Shown here: positions 28,802 through 37,474 of the stretch, piece after piece
Layout: the number at the start of each line of letters is the position of its first letter
Numbering within the stretch: the stretch's first letter is position 1
Source of the DNA: Planctomycetota bacterium
GTDB taxonomy: Bacteria; Planctomycetota; UBA11346
Length of the DNA stretch: 64,000 bases
Assembly: GCA_038231435.1 (NCBI GenBank)
Contig: JBBRLJ010000005.1
Coordinates: 32,001-96,000 of the forward strand
Reading direction: 5' to 3'
Position numbers and translations under genes: made by a program
The notes under the pieces: model-generated
Databases searched by the model: none
What the model was told of the DNA's origin: nothing
The model's input: the letters and a program-made list of their open reading frames with translations, nothing else

Positions 28802-30607
28802 CTAGTCGCCGCCCATGGCGCGCAGGTAGCTCGCTCGCAACGCCGCCGCATCGCGCGCCGGCGCCAGGCAGCGGTCGCCGATGCACAGGTACATCACGCC
28901 GGACGGATCTGCGGGGTAGCCTTCTCCAGGCCCCGGCCACGGTCCGGACGCGGGATCCCACCGATCGATGCGCAGATAGGCGGTGGGCAATCCCAGCGCC
29001 GCCGTGATCAGCGGCTGGAGCGCCGTGGGATCGCCGACCGCGACGGCGTGCACGGGCTCGCGTCCGAGCTCGTCAGCGACGAGCAGCGCGCTCGCCGCGG
29101 GCCGGCGGCTGGCGATCGCTGGCGCCGAGATGAAGGAGAACGCCCGCAGCGCCATCGCGCGCCAGCGTTGGTCTCCGCTGCAGCGCGCATAGGCGTTGGC
29201 GCAGCGCGCGAGCGCGACGTTTTCGTCACGCTGCGGGCGTGACGCGGGATCACCGCGCGCGGTGCGGTAGCCTGCGCCAGGAGGATCCGCGAAGCCGTCG
29301 ATCGCGGCCAGCGTGCGCTCGAGCGCCATGCGCCACGCGGAGTCGCCATCAGCGATCCAAAGAGCCATGAGCGCCTGGGCCATGGCGACCGAATCCCCGA
29401 GATACGCACCATCGACGTCCTGGTCGACAGCGGCGTCATCGTGCATGAACGCGCCGTCCGGACGCTGCCGATGCGCCAGGGCCCAGCGCGCGGTGATGCG
29501 CGCCTCGTCGAGTATCGCCGGATCGCCGATGGCGTTTGCGTACGCCACCAGTGCGCGGATCGCCCAGCCGTTCTCGCGGGTGTAGCGGTGTCGGTCGACG
29601 CGCGGCATGCCGAGCGCGCGACGCGCGGAGTCGTCGAGGGCGAAATATCCGGCAGCGTGCTCGCCCTGGACGAGGTCGGCATCCTGGCTGGTGAAGAACG
29701 CGCCATCGGGCGCGCGCAGGAAGGTGGTCAGATAACGATGGATCGCCTCCGCCGCGTCGCGCCACGCCGGATCCCGATCGCGCGCGTAGGTCAGCGAGAA
29801 GCAGCGCAGACCGTCGGTCTGCACCGCCATGATCTTCTCGAAATGCGGTTCCTCCCAGCCTCCGCCCGCGGAATACTGGTACAGGCCGCCCCACGCCGGG
29901 TCGAGCAGCGACGTGCGCACATGCGCCAGGGTCTCGAGCGCCATGCGCCCGGCGTCGCCAGCGCCGCCCTGGACGAGGCCGTACTCGATCGCATCGGCAT
30001 CGAGATACTTGTGCACCGTGCCCCAACCGCCGTGGACCCGGTCGTACGCCGCGCGGTAGTCGGCCTCGAGTTCTGCCCGCTGCGCCGCGGGCAATGATTC
30101 CGCCCCGCCCGCGGAAGACGGAGGCGGCACCACCGACGGGCCCGGCGAGGGATCGTCGATGATCGCCTGCAGGAGCGACATCATCCGCTCTGGCGGGATG
30201 TATCCGGAGCGCACCGCGATCTCGCTGCCATCGGCGGCGAAGATCACCGTCGCTGGCCAGCCGTAGTCCTCGTAGCGATTCGCGAGATCCGGCCGCTGCT
30301 CCTGGTTGACGCGCACCGGCAGGTACCTGGCCGCGATCAGGCGGACGACCTCGGGATCACGGTAGGTGGTGGCCTCCATCACGTGGCACCAATGGCACCA
30401 CTCGGCCTCGAGATCGAGGATGACGAAGCGCTGCTCGCGCCGTGCCTGCGCGAAGGTGTCGGGCGTGAGCACCTGCCACGGGATCGACGAGGCTTCCTCC
30501 GGTACGGACGCCGGGACGGATTCGGCGCAGGAGCAGCGGGAGGATGCGAACCACATCGCCACCAGAGCTGTTGCCAGCATCGAAAAGCCATTCGCTGAGC
30601 GGTTCAT
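28802..30607 (-). CDS. Thioredoxin-domain protein, DUF255/YyaL family, with signal peptide
   Basis: WCHWCHVM, 'EQRPDL', 'GWP.T', 'PHFEK', 'FFTSQDAD', 'ENG..I.AL'. Confidence 0.88.
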   Translation of the reverse strand: MNRSANGFSMLATALVAMWFASSRCSCAESVPASVPEEASSIPWQVLTPDTFAQARREQRFVILDLEAEWCHWCHVMEATTYRDPEVVRLIAARYLPVRVNQEQRPDLANRYEDYGWPATVIFAADGSEIAVRSGYIPPERMMSLLQAIIDDPSPGPSVVPPPSSAGGAESLPAAQRAELEADYRAAYDRVHGGWGTVHKYLDADAIEYGLVQGGAGDAGRMALETLAHVRTSLLDPAWGGLYQYSAGGGWEEPHFEKIMAVQTDGLRCFSLTYARDRDPAWRDAAEAIHRYLTTFLRAPDGAFFTSQDADLVQGEHAAGYFALDDSARRALGMPRVDRHRYTRENGWAIRALVAYANAIGDPAILDEARITARWALAHRQRPDGAFMHDDAAVDQDVDGAYLGDSVAMAQALMALWIADGDSAWRMALERTLAAIDGFADPPGAGYRTARGDPASRPQRDENVALARCANAYARCSGDQRWRAMALRAFSFISAPAIASRRPAASALLVADELGREPVHAVAVGDPTALQPLITAALGLPTAYLRIDRWDPASGPWPGPGEGYPADPSGVMYLCIGDRCLAPARDAAALRASYLRAMGGD

Positions 30608-30726
30608 CGCGGGTCCTCGCTGGTGGCGTCACGGTCGGCGCCGACGGTCTTGCCGACGTTATTCCAATAGTACGTCCCGCGCGAGGTGGTGGATGTGCGC
30701 AGGGAAACAGCCCTCGACGGTCCCGC

Positions 30727-32316
30727 TCAGGCTTCTTCGGCCCTGCGCGTCATCACCAGCTCCTCGAGATCGAGCTCGCGCTGGATGGTGCGCAGGATGT
30801 CGTCGCCGATTGCGCCGCGATCGCGCAGCATGATGACGGCCTCGCGTTCGGCCTTGAGCACCTGGCGGTTGATGTCCAGGAGCTGCGCGGCGAGGATCGA
30901 CGAGCCGACATTGTCCGGCTGCTGCTCTGAGCCCGAGCGCACGTGGCGACGCATGTGGTGGTGGGTCTGGATCTGCCGCAGCACCTCCTCGGGCAGGCTG
31001 CGTTCCAGCGCCAGCGCGGCGAGGCGATCGCCACCGGCCTGGGACAGCTCGCGACGCGCGAGGTGGTCCTCATCGGATTCGGAGCTGTCGTCGGGCATGG
31101 TCGAGCGCCTGATGAGCGGCCGCAGCGTTACGCCCTGGACCACCAGCGTGACCAGGATGACCGTGAACGAGATCACCAGGATGGCGTGGCGGCCGGGGAA
31201 TGGCGTGCCGTCGTCGACCGCGAGCGGCACGGCGAGCGCGGTGACCAGGGTGTCGCCACCGCGAATGCCCGTCCAGGCCACGAACAGGGTCTCGCTGAAC
31301 GATCCACGTCGGGGCGAGTCCTTGCCCCTGGCCAGCCGGCCCGCCCATGATCCGACGAACACGAACAGCACGCGTACCACGATCACCACCGCGCAGACGA
31401 TCCCGGCGGCGCCCAACAGCGCCATCTCGCCGTTGCCGACGACCTCGGCGCCGAGCCGTCCGAGCTGCAGGCCGATGAGCAGGAAGATCAGGCCGTTGAG
31501 GATGAAGAGCACCAGCGACCAAACCTGCTGCGACTGCACGCGCGTGGCCGCGTCGACCAGCCTGGGCGCCTTGCGCCCGAGCAGCAGCCCGGTGGTGACC
31601 ACCGCGACGACACCCGAGGTGCCGGCCCATTCCGCCGGCAGGTAGGCGGCGAAGGCGGTCATCAGCGACAGCGTGTTCGCGACGATCGGATCGCTGATGT
31701 GGCGGCGCAGCCAGGTCACGCCCAGCGCCACCAGCCAGCCAATGACGAAGGCGCCGACCGCGGTGTAGACGAGCAGCGGCACCACGTGCCATGCGGTGAA
31801 GTGCCCGGTCACGGTCGCGGCGATCGCCAAGCGGTAGGTAGTGAACGCGGTGACGTCGTTGAACAGCGTCTCGCCTTCGAGCAGCGACACCAGGCGGCGC
31901 GGTAGGCCCAGGCGCCGGGCGATGGCGATGGTCACCGCCGCGTCGGGCGGCGAGACGATGGCGCCGAGCACCACCGCGGGAGCCCATTCCAGGTGGGGTG
32001 GCCCGAGGTGGCTGGCCAGCGCCACCGCCGCGATGGTCACCACCACCGCGCCGATCGCGAGCATGCCGATCTCCTTGCGCATGCGCCTGAGATCGCGCAT
32101 CGACGCGGTGATGCAGCTCCAGTACAGGAGCGGCGGCACGAAGACCAGGAACACCAACTCCGGATCGAGCTGGAGCCGCGCCAGGATCGGGAGCGCCGAC
32201 AGCGCCAGCCCCACGACGACCAGCACCACTGGCAGCGGCACGTCGATGCGTCGCGCGAACGGCGCGAGCGCCATCACGACGATGATCAGCAGCAGGATGG
32301 CTTCGAATCCGAGCAT
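30727..32316 (-). CDS. Na+/H+ antiporter, CPA1 (NhaP/YjcE) family
   Basis: 'FVPPLLY', 'LGAIVSPPDA', 'LEGETLFND', 'W.G.RG', 'TLVVQG.TL', 'ELDLEE'. Confidence 0.92.
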   Translation of the reverse strand: MLGFEAILLLIIVVMALAPFARRIDVPLPVVLVVVGLALSALPILARLQLDPELVFLVFVPPLLYWSCITASMRDLRRMRKEIGMLAIGAVVVTIAAVALASHLGPPHLEWAPAVVLGAIVSPPDAAVTIAIARRLGLPRRLVSLLEGETLFNDVTAFTTYRLAIAATVTGHFTAWHVVPLLVYTAVGAFVIGWLVALGVTWLRRHISDPIVANTLSLMTAFAAYLPAEWAGTSGVVAVVTTGLLLGRKAPRLVDAATRVQSQQVWSLVLFILNGLIFLLIGLQLGRLGAEVVGNGEMALLGAAGIVCAVVIVVRVLFVFVGSWAGRLARGKDSPRRGSFSETLFVAWTGIRGGDTLVTALAVPLAVDDGTPFPGRHAILVISFTVILVTLVVQGVTLRPLIRRSTMPDDSSESDEDHLARRELSQAGGDRLAALALERSLPEEVLRQIQTHHHMRRHVRSGSEQQPDNVGSSILAAQLLDINRQVLKAEREAVIMLRDRGAIGDDILRTIQRELDLEELVMTRRAEEA

Positions 32317-32552
32317 CGGAACGCCTGGGTGAGGACGCCTGGCGGCGGATACGCGACTCTCACGCCATCGACGAGGAGGCAAGGGTGACCCGCGCGGCAG
32401 TCGACGCCCTGTGGCGATGGCGACGGCCACGGCAGCGCGCGCTGGTCTCCCTCGATGGCCCGCCATGATCGGCGCCATGCCTGCCTTCCGCTTCTCCGCT
32501 CGGCGCGCCGGCTTCCATACAGACCTGGCCGGCCCAGGACCCGCACGCTGAC

Positions 32553-34061
32553 ATGCCGCCGCGCCTGCGCATGACCGGCATCGCCAAGCGCTTCGGCGCC
32601 ACCGCCGCGCTCGCCGGAGTCGATCTCGAGGTCGGCGAAGGTGAGGTGGTGGCGCTGATCGGCGAGAACGGCGCGGGCAAGTCGACGCTGATGAAGGTGC
32701 TGTGCGGAGCGATCGCGCCCGACCGCGGCATGATGGAGCTCGACGGGCGCGGCTACGCCCCGCGCACGCCGCTCGACGCGCGCCGCCGCGGCGTGGCCAT
32801 CGTCCACCAGGAGCTCTGCCTCGCGCCGCACCTGAGCGTGGCCGAGAACATCCTCCTCGGAGCCGAGCCGCGGCGCCTCGGCTTCGTGCGCCGCGCCGCG
32901 CGCCGCGCCGGAGCGCTCGCCGCGCTGGCGCAGCTCGGGGCCGTGGACATCGATCCCGACCGGCTGGCCGGTTCGCTGCCGCTCGCCGCCCAGCAGCTGG
33001 TCGAGATCGCCCGTGCGCTCGCCGCGAATCCTCGCTTGCTGGTGCTCGACGAGCCGACCTCGAGCCTCGCCGCCGACGACGCGCGCCGCCTGTTCGCGGT
33101 GGTGCGCCGGCTGCGTGGTGCCGGGGTGAGCATCGTCTACATCAGCCATTTCCTCGAGGAATGCCGCGTGGTGGCAGACCGCTTCGCGGTGCTGCGCGAC
33201 GGGCGCAGTGTCGGCTCGGGCGCGATGGGCAATGCCGGCCAGTCCACGCTCATCCGCCTGATGGTCGGCCGCGAGGTCTCAGAGCTCTACCCGCGTACCG
33301 CGCACGTCCTCGGCGAGCCGTTGCTGGCGCTCGACGGCGTCTCTGGCCGGCGCCTGCCGCGCGCCGCCACTCTGAGCCTGCGCCGCGGCGAGGTGCTCGG
33401 CATCTTCGGATTGGTCGGATCGGGCCGCAGCGAGATGCTGCGCGCGGTATTCGGTCTCGACCCGATCCGCGGCGGCTCGGTGTCGATCGGCGGCCGCGAG
33501 GTCACCCGCGCGAGCCCGCGCGCGCGACTGCGATCCGGCATGGGCCTGGTGAGCGAGAACCGCAAGGAGGAGGGTCTGGCGCTCGGTCGCTCGATCGCCG
33601 ACAACCTGACGCTCACCCGCCTGGGTCGCTACGCTCGCTTCGGCGTCGTCTCCGGCGAGCGGCAGCGTGTCGCCGCGCGCGGCTGGATGGACACGCTCAC
33701 GGTGAAGGCGCGAGGCCCCGATCAGGCGGTCGGCGAGCTCAGCGGCGGCAACCAGCAGAAGGTGGCGATCGGCAGGCTGCTCCACCACGGCGCCGAGATC
33801 CTGCTGCTCGACGAGCCGACCCGTGGCATCGACGTCGGTGCGAAAACCCATGTCTACCGCCTCATCGACGAGCTCGCGACGGCGGGAAAGGCGATCATCA
33901 TGGTGAGTTCGTACCTCCCGGAGCTGCTCGGCGTCTGCGATACCATCGCTGTGATGTGCCGGGGGCGCCTCGCCGCGGCTCGGCCGGCGCGCGAGTGGAG
34001 CGAAGCGTCGCTGCTCGCCGAGGCGATCGGCGCCCAGCCCGTGGGAGCGGAGCACCGATGA
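32553..34061 (+). CDS. Monosaccharide ABC transporter ATP-binding protein (RbsA/MglA-like, two ATPase domains)
   Basis: GENGAGKSTL, LDEPTSSL, YISH, LSGGNQQK, LDEPTRGIDVGAK. Confidence 0.95.
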   Translation: MPPRLRMTGIAKRFGATAALAGVDLEVGEGEVVALIGENGAGKSTLMKVLCGAIAPDRGMMELDGRGYAPRTPLDARRRGVAIVHQELCLAPHLSVAENILLGAEPRRLGFVRRAARRAGALAALAQLGAVDIDPDRLAGSLPLAAQQLVEIARALAANPRLLVLDEPTSSLAADDARRLFAVVRRLRGAGVSIVYISHFLEECRVVADRFAVLRDGRSVGSGAMGNAGQSTLIRLMVGREVSELYPRTAHVLGEPLLALDGVSGRRLPRAATLSLRRGEVLGIFGLVGSGRSEMLRAVFGLDPIRGGSVSIGGREVTRASPRARLRSGMGLVSENRKEEGLALGRSIADNLTLTRLGRYARFGVVSGERQRVAARGWMDTLTVKARGPDQAVGELSGGNQQKVAIGRLLHHGAEILLLDEPTRGIDVGAKTHVYRLIDELATAGKAIIMVSSYLPELLGVCDTIAVMCRGRLAAARPAREWSEASLLAEAIGAQPVGAEHR

Positions 34062-35167
34062 ACGAGACACCTGGCGAAATCGAGACCTCTGATGCCGTGG
34101 CATCCGGCGAAGCGCTGGGGTCGCGCCGGCCGCTGCCGTGGCGGGTGCTCGAGCGGCTGGGGCCGTTCCTGGCGCTGGTGTTGCTGTGGCTGGGCTTCGG
34201 CATCGCCTATTGGGCCTGCAATCATGGCCCCGACGCCATGGATCCGTGGGCGTTCTTCTCGTATCGCAACTCCTGCCTGATCCTCAGCCAGTCCGCGATC
34301 GTCACCGTCGCCGCGTGCGGCATGACCCTGATCATCGTCTCGGGCGGCATCGACCTGAGCGCGGGCTCGGCGATCGCGCTGTGTTCGGTGGTCGCGGCCC
34401 TGGTGCAGCTCCACGGTGGCGGTCCGGCCTTGGCGATCCTGGCCGCGGTCGGCTGCGGCATGGCCGCCGGTCTGCTCAGCGGCGGCGTCATCGCCGGCAC
34501 GCGCATGATGCCGTTCATCGTCACGCTCGGCATGCTCGGGGTGGCGCGCGGCATCGCCAAGGGCCTGGCGAACAATGAGACGGTGAACTACGCCGAAGCG
34601 CCGGGCTCGTGGTTCTCGGTGCTGATGCGTCCCTATCCACTCGATGCCGATCCCGGAATGCTACACAACCTGTGCGCGCATCCTCTGCAGGCCGTCGCTC
34701 CCGGAGTCTGGGTGGCCGTCGCCGCGGTGGCGATCATGGCGACGGTGATGGGCCGCACGGTCTTCGGGAGGCATGTCTACGCCATCGGCTCGAACGAGGC
34801 CGCGGCGCGCCTGTGCGGCATCCGCGTGCCGCTGGTCAAGATCATGGTCTATGGCTTCGCCGGCGCGTTCATCGGCCTCGCCGCGTCGCTCGAGACCGCG
34901 AAGTTGCACCAGGGCGATCCGACCACCGCCGGGGGACGCGAGCTCGACATCATCGCCGCGGTGGTGATCGGCGGCGCCTCGCTCGCCGGCGGCACTGGAA
35001 CCGTGGTGGGCGCGGTGGTGGGGGCGGTGATCATGGGCGTGCTGCGCAACGGCAGCCAGCAGCTCGGCTGGCCGACCTACATGCAGGAGATCATCATCGG
35101 CGCGGTGATCGTCGTCGCCGTCGGCATCGACCGCCTGCGTCTGCGCGCGAGCGCACAAGCCGCCTGA
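34058..35167 (+). CDS. Monosaccharide ABC transporter permease (RbsC-like)
   Basis: GGIDLSAG, PFIVTLG, 'FGR.VYAIGSN.AAA', ELDIIAAVVIGGASL.GG; ATGA overlap with the ATPase gene. Confidence 0.93.
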   Translation: MNETPGEIETSDAVASGEALGSRRPLPWRVLERLGPFLALVLLWLGFGIAYWACNHGPDAMDPWAFFSYRNSCLILSQSAIVTVAACGMTLIIVSGGIDLSAGSAIALCSVVAALVQLHGGGPALAILAAVGCGMAAGLLSGGVIAGTRMMPFIVTLGMLGVARGIAKGLANNETVNYAEAPGSWFSVLMRPYPLDADPGMLHNLCAHPLQAVAPGVWVAVAAVAIMATVMGRTVFGRHVYAIGSNEAAARLCGIRVPLVKIMVYGFAGAFIGLAASLETAKLHQGDPTTAGGRELDIIAAVVIGGASLAGGTGTVVGAVVGAVIMGVLRNGSQQLGWPTYMQEIIIGAVIVVAVGIDRLRLRASAQAA

Positions 35168-35289
35168 GGCGCGAGCGGCGTTCATCCGGGAGCTACGCGT
35201 GTCGCGATGACGCCAGGGGCGCCTTGCGACTGCGGCGTCGCGCAGCACTCGCCGACACCAGGGAGCGGGTACACTCGCCCCGGTGATGC

Positions 35290-36633
35290 ATGCCCGAGCG
35301 CCTTGATCGCGTCGCGACCCGCTTCCTGACCCGCCGATACCTGTTCGCGCTGGCGATCGTCGCCGCGCTCACGGTTGCGGCACTGGCGGTGATCCAGCAC
35401 CATCTGAGCCGCCAGCGGCACGACGCGGCGGTCATCAATCTCGCCGGACGGCAGCGCATGCTCAGCCAGGAGCTGGTGAAGGCGGAGCTCGCGCGCCGCT
35501 ATGCGTCGCAATCCGGCGATGCCGTGCAGGCCGAGGCCCGCGGCGCCGAGGCCACGCGCGTGCTCGATGAATGGACGGGCGCCCACGCCCGCCTGACCGG
35601 AGATGTCGGCCTGACCGGAGTCGGCATCGACAACAGCGCCGCGGTGGCATCTGCGTTCGCCGATCTGGAGCCCTCCTTCGCGCGCATGCGCTCGGCGGCG
35701 CTCGCGAGCGACGACGGCGCGATCGCCCGGCTGCTCACCGTCGAGCGTGACTACCTCGGGCGCATGAACGCGATCGTCGGACTCTACCAGGAGGAAGCGG
35801 CAGCGCGCGTGAACGCCACCATGCGCCTCGAGCTGTGGCTGTGTGGAGTGGTGCTGGCGGCGCTCTTGGTCGAGGCGCTGTTCGTGTTCCGGCCCGCGGT
35901 ACGCTGGCTGCGCGCCGCGATCGGCGATCAGGAGCGCCTGCGCGAGCAGGAGGCGATCAACCGTGAGCTGACCGTCGCCACCGATGTCGCCCGGGGCATC
36001 GGCTATGATCTCCACGACGGGGTCGGGCAGGCGCTGACCGCGCTCACCCTGCAGGCGAAGCTGGTCGAGCGCGCCGTGCCCGAGGCGATCGCGCCGCGGA
36101 TCGCGGCTCTGCGCGAGGGCATCGCCGAGGCGCTGGCGCAGACGCGCGCCGCCGCCGCCTGCCTGGCGCCGATTGACGTGCGCGTCGACGGCCTGCCCAC
36201 CGCGCTCAAGCGTCTCGCCGATGCGACTTCGCTCGCCGCCGGGATCGACTGCCGCGCCGACTGCTCAGCGGATCTGCTGCCAGACTCAGGCGACGATCTC
36301 TACCGCATCGCCCAGGAGGCGGTCGCGAACGCCATGCGCCATGGCCGCGCCCGCTCGATCGTCATCTCGCTGCACTGCGAGCACAACGCGGGAGTCCTCG
36401 CGGTGCAGGACGATGGCGCTGGTGGCGCCGTCGAAAGCCCGGTGACGGCCGCCACCAGCGTTCCGGTCGGGGGGAATATCGACAGCGGCGCGAACGGCGC
36501 CGACGGCGTCGGCATGCGCTCGATGCGCCACCGCGCCGAGCGTATCGGCGGCAGCCTCTCGGCTGGGGCGCGACGCGAGGGGGGCTGGCGCGTCGAATGC
36601 CGCTTTCCGCTCGCGCGGAGCGTGGCCGGATGA
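35290..36633 (+). CDS. NarX/NarQ-like nitrate/nitrite sensor kinase (HisKA_3)
   Basis: P-box INLAGRQRMLSQ after TM1; DLHDGVGQ H-box; 'RIAQEAVANAMRH', DDG.G. Confidence 0.85.
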   Translation: MPERLDRVATRFLTRRYLFALAIVAALTVAALAVIQHHLSRQRHDAAVINLAGRQRMLSQELVKAELARRYASQSGDAVQAEARGAEATRVLDEWTGAHARLTGDVGLTGVGIDNSAAVASAFADLEPSFARMRSAALASDDGAIARLLTVERDYLGRMNAIVGLYQEEAAARVNATMRLELWLCGVVLAALLVEALFVFRPAVRWLRAAIGDQERLREQEAINRELTVATDVARGIGYDLHDGVGQALTALTLQAKLVERAVPEAIAPRIAALREGIAEALAQTRAAAACLAPIDVRVDGLPTALKRLADATSLAAGIDCRADCSADLLPDSGDDLYRIAQEAVANAMRHGRARSIVISLHCEHNAGVLAVQDDGAGGAVESPVTAATSVPVGGNIDSGANGADGVGMRSMRHRAERIGGSLSAGARREGGWRVECRFPLARSVAG

Positions 36634-37316
36634 TGGCCATCGACGCGCGCACGCGGGTGCTGCTGATCGACGACCACCCACTGGTCCGCATCGGCCTGGC
36701 GGGGCTGATCGACGCCGAATCGACGATGATGGTGTGCGGACAGGCGGGCTCGGTGGCCGAGGTCGCGCCGCTCATCGCGGGCGTCGATCCCGACGTGGTG
36801 GTGCTCGATCTGATGCTCAAGGACGGCAGCGGGCTCGAGCTGTTGAAATCCCTGGTCGCTAGTTCTCCGCACCTGCGCATCCTGGTGCTGTCGATGCACG
36901 ACCAGCGGGTCTACGCCGAGCGCTGCCTGAGGGCGGGCGCCAAAGGGTACCTGATGAAGGAGGAGGCCGCGGCGCTGGTCATCGACGCATTGCGCGCGGT
37001 GTCCTCGGGCGGCGTCTTCCTCAGCCCGAGCCTGGGCGCGCCCGGCCCGCACGCGCGCGCGCCGATCGAGGACCTGAGCGACCGCGAGATGCGGGTATTC
37101 GAGTTGATCGGCGAAGGCCTGCCCACCCGCGCTATCGCCGAGCGCCTGGACCTCAGCGACAAGACCGTCGAAGCGCACAAGGCCCACATCAAGAAGAAGC
37201 TGCACATCGAGCATGCACCCGACCTCTCGCGTCTTGCTTTCAGTTGGGGGGCTACGGCCCCCCAACATCGGCCTCCGGCTTGCCCCCCAGGTAGCCAGGA
37301 TCCGTCGGGAGGCTGA
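36630..37316 (+). CDS. NarL/LuxR-family response regulator
   Basis: LIDDHPLVR, LDL, LSMH, GYLMK, LSDRE..V, KTVEAHKAHIKKKL; ATGA overlap with the kinase. Confidence 0.93.
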   Translation: MMAIDARTRVLLIDDHPLVRIGLAGLIDAESTMMVCGQAGSVAEVAPLIAGVDPDVVVLDLMLKDGSGLELLKSLVASSPHLRILVLSMHDQRVYAERCLRAGAKGYLMKEEAAALVIDALRAVSSGGVFLSPSLGAPGPHARAPIEDLSDREMRVFELIGEGLPTRAIAERLDLSDKTVEAHKAHIKKKLHIEHAPDLSRLAFSWGATAPQHRPPACPPGSQDPSGG

Positions 37317-37474
37317 CGAAGCCAACGGCGCCGCCGTGCCCGGTAGTAGGCGCCGTCGATCTGCTCAATATTTCAGCGCCTCCCGTTCCGATCGCACCAT
37401 GTAGGTGAATCCCCGATGGCGGTTGGCGGCGTTCTGCTGCGCCGGGGTGCAGTCGGATCCGGCACGCCCGCGAC

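Noticed and set aside
37317..37474. ANTAR (NasT/NasR) twin-hairpin leader before nirB
   Set aside because: CAACGGCG and CGATGGCG resemble ANTAR loops, but the closing stems are poor, no U-rich terminator follows, and no ANTAR protein is in the window. The ACGGCGCC/GGCGCCGT stem is more simply a 3' hairpin of the regulator gene.
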